Positions 62,304 through 64,000 of a stretch of 64,000 nt of DNA are shown here, one piece after another. The stretch comes from Vitrella brassicaformis CCMP3155. Its lineage: Eukaryota; Protista; Chromerida. Location of the stretch: NCBI GenBank assembly GCA_001179505.1, contig CDMY01000748.1, forward strand, positions 62,001-126,000. The letters run 5' to 3'. Both the position numbers and the translations under genes were made by a program. Position 1 is the first letter of the stretch, and every line of letters starts with the position of its first letter. The notes under the pieces were generated by a model. That model did not search any database and had not been told where the DNA came from. It was given only the letters and a program-made list of their open reading frames with translations.

Positions 62304-62813
62304 TCATTCTTCCATCGCCTCATCGCCCTCCTCGTCGTCCGAGGCCTCATCGTCGGTGTACTCCTCCACCTTGAGTGTCTCATCGACGGTCTCCTCGAGA
62401 TCGGAGGACCTGCAGGCAAGGCAAAAGGCATTGCACGGGGCACTCGTCAGGTGCATCGATGCATTTCTGTGTGTCTTTTCGTGGCGTATGGTGGATGTCT
62501 TACTCGTACTCGCTCCTCAGAGAGACGCCCCGATTCGAACGGATTGTCGGATTTGCGCTGGCTGGCTTCGTTTGGTGCTGTGTTGAGCGCGGTTGACTCT
62601 TCGTCGGTCTCTTGTGTCCTAGTACAGCTACAGGTCGAACGGTGCCGCCCGCGCTTGCCGTTGCCCTTTCTGTCCCACAGGGCGCCCTGGAGGTACGTTT
62701 TCTTGTATGGTGCCCACCACGACCACCACGCCCCTCCGCCACTCATCCCGCCGGCCTCCCTCGAACCACCAGGCCTCCCCCCACCTCGCCGGAAACGTCC
62801 GTGCTGCCGACAT
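62304..62813 (-). pseudogene. Tandem copy B of the Trp-rich/acidic-tail gene, frameshifted
   Basis: Same RWGEAWWFEGG exon and acidic exon. A 2-nt deletion at GGCACCATACAAG and a later TAG disrupt the frame. Confidence 0.6.
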
Positions 62814-63321
62814 GTCGAAGCTGTCAGGTCGTCTGCGGGGGGTCTCACAGGAAAAGCGCGGGCGCCACAAGTATGTGCCGCAGTGGCTGAGGCCATGTGC
62901 TCTCCGGTCCTCGGTCGCCCCGGTGCCGTTCCCAATGGATGCGCTGGCCATTGCTGTGGTGTGGCATCCCTTGGCACCTCGTCACCACTTCGGCCGAAGC
63001 GCCGGAAGACGCGCACACGCCAAGGCGATGCTGTGGTGCTGTGGGTATGGTGACGTGCCGAGTATGGGCGTCAGCGCGTCGAATGAAAGACCCAACTGAG
63101 CCTCGTACACTTAGTTTGTGGAATGGAAAATTCAAAAAAGAAAGTAGGGTTTGCGGGGTTGTCTCTTCAGCGATTTCGCGACACCCTAAGCATACGGGCG
63201 GAGAAGAAGGTGGAGGCAGGCTATGCTTTCACGCTTACGCTCCACGCCTGCATGGCTTTTGATCGCAAACTGAGCGAAAGACCGCCGCTTTCCCTCCCCT
63301 TGGCTGACTTGGTGGGCATCG

Positions 63322-64000
63322 ATGTCTTGCCGGCTGCTGTTCGAGGGTCTGCGGGGTGATCCGGTGTCTGCCATATTCCTCACGTCACAGGGATGCTGCG
63401 CAGGTCAGAAACAAGGCCAAACACGGACGCCTGGAATGGTCACCGGCTGCAGTGCGTGGGTCTGTCTGTCTGTGTCTGCTTTTGGGTGTTCAGGAACGCT
63501 CTGTGGTCGTGTGGTGGCTCACTTTTTTGAGGGGCTTCACAGTGGGCGAAACCTCGTTATCTGCTCCTGGAGTGAAGACGCCGTCAGAGGGGTGGGGTCA
63601 GCCCATTCACAACGTGTCAAACCCTGGTGATCTCTATGTGCTTTCCCCCGCCCTCCCTCCCTCCCTCCCTCCCTCCCTCTGTGGTCATCCAGGTGTGGTT
63701 CACCGAGCACTGCATCACTGTGACAGTGGGCGACTCCCTGTGTCGGCTGTACCCCCGGGCGCTGACAGCGACTGGCGGTGTGCCGCAGGAGATGGCCTTC
63801 GAGAAGAAGGCCGCAGCGTCCGTCAGGTTTGTCCTGCAGAGGGCCAACAACGTCATCGTGCTCTCTAATGGTGTGTGAGAGAGGGAGGGATGGGAGGGAG
63901 AGGTGGGAGGGAGAGGGAGGGGTGGTTTTCCTCGAGATCTCCTGTATGTGTGTGTATGTGTTGTGTGTGTGTGTAGGTGTGACGTTGGTGTCTGACCTAA
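63322..64000 (+). CDS. 5' part of a probable WD40-like beta-propeller protein (runs off window)
   Basis: Spliced MSCRLLFEGLRGDPVSAIFLTSQGCCA|GTLCGRVVAHF...SEDAVRG|VWFTEHCITVTVGDSLCRLY. Repeated beta-strand blade-like pattern. Confidence 0.45.

Overview
This is eukaryotic, GC-rich, intron-dense genomic DNA. Introns are short GT-AG types packed with (GT)n/(CA)n and (GATG)n/(GTCC)n microsatellites, and there are two 300-N scaffold gaps. The style, an LHC antenna gene and the BTB/TLDc/FKBP families suggest a chromerid alga such as Vitrella brassicaformis (inference, no search run). I reconstructed about 25 spliced genes or gene relics by eye: a myristoylated Ser/Thr kinase, two tandem centrin-like genes, three tandem-BTB proteins ending in either TLDc or FKBP-like domains, an F-box/JmjC oxygenase, an SPFH protein, two long coiled-coil proteins, an HTH-like protein, Tudor-like tandem genes and a WD40-like gene. 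The standout structure is a ~12.4 kb fold-back inverted duplication (36400-48782). Each arm carries a membrane-bound hybrid histidine kinase (HisKA-HATPase-REC) and a small secreted prepro-protein with two RRL motifs, an acidic spacer and a cationic Lys/Tyr/Gly-rich C-terminal peptide. The kinase cores are nearly identical while the sensor regions have diverged, and the right breakpoint cuts an LHC gene in half. A peptide-plus-receptor cassette is my main hypothesis, and it is untested. No CRISPR arrays, rRNA, tRNA or intact transposons were recognised. Exon boundaries are manual and some ends are approximate.
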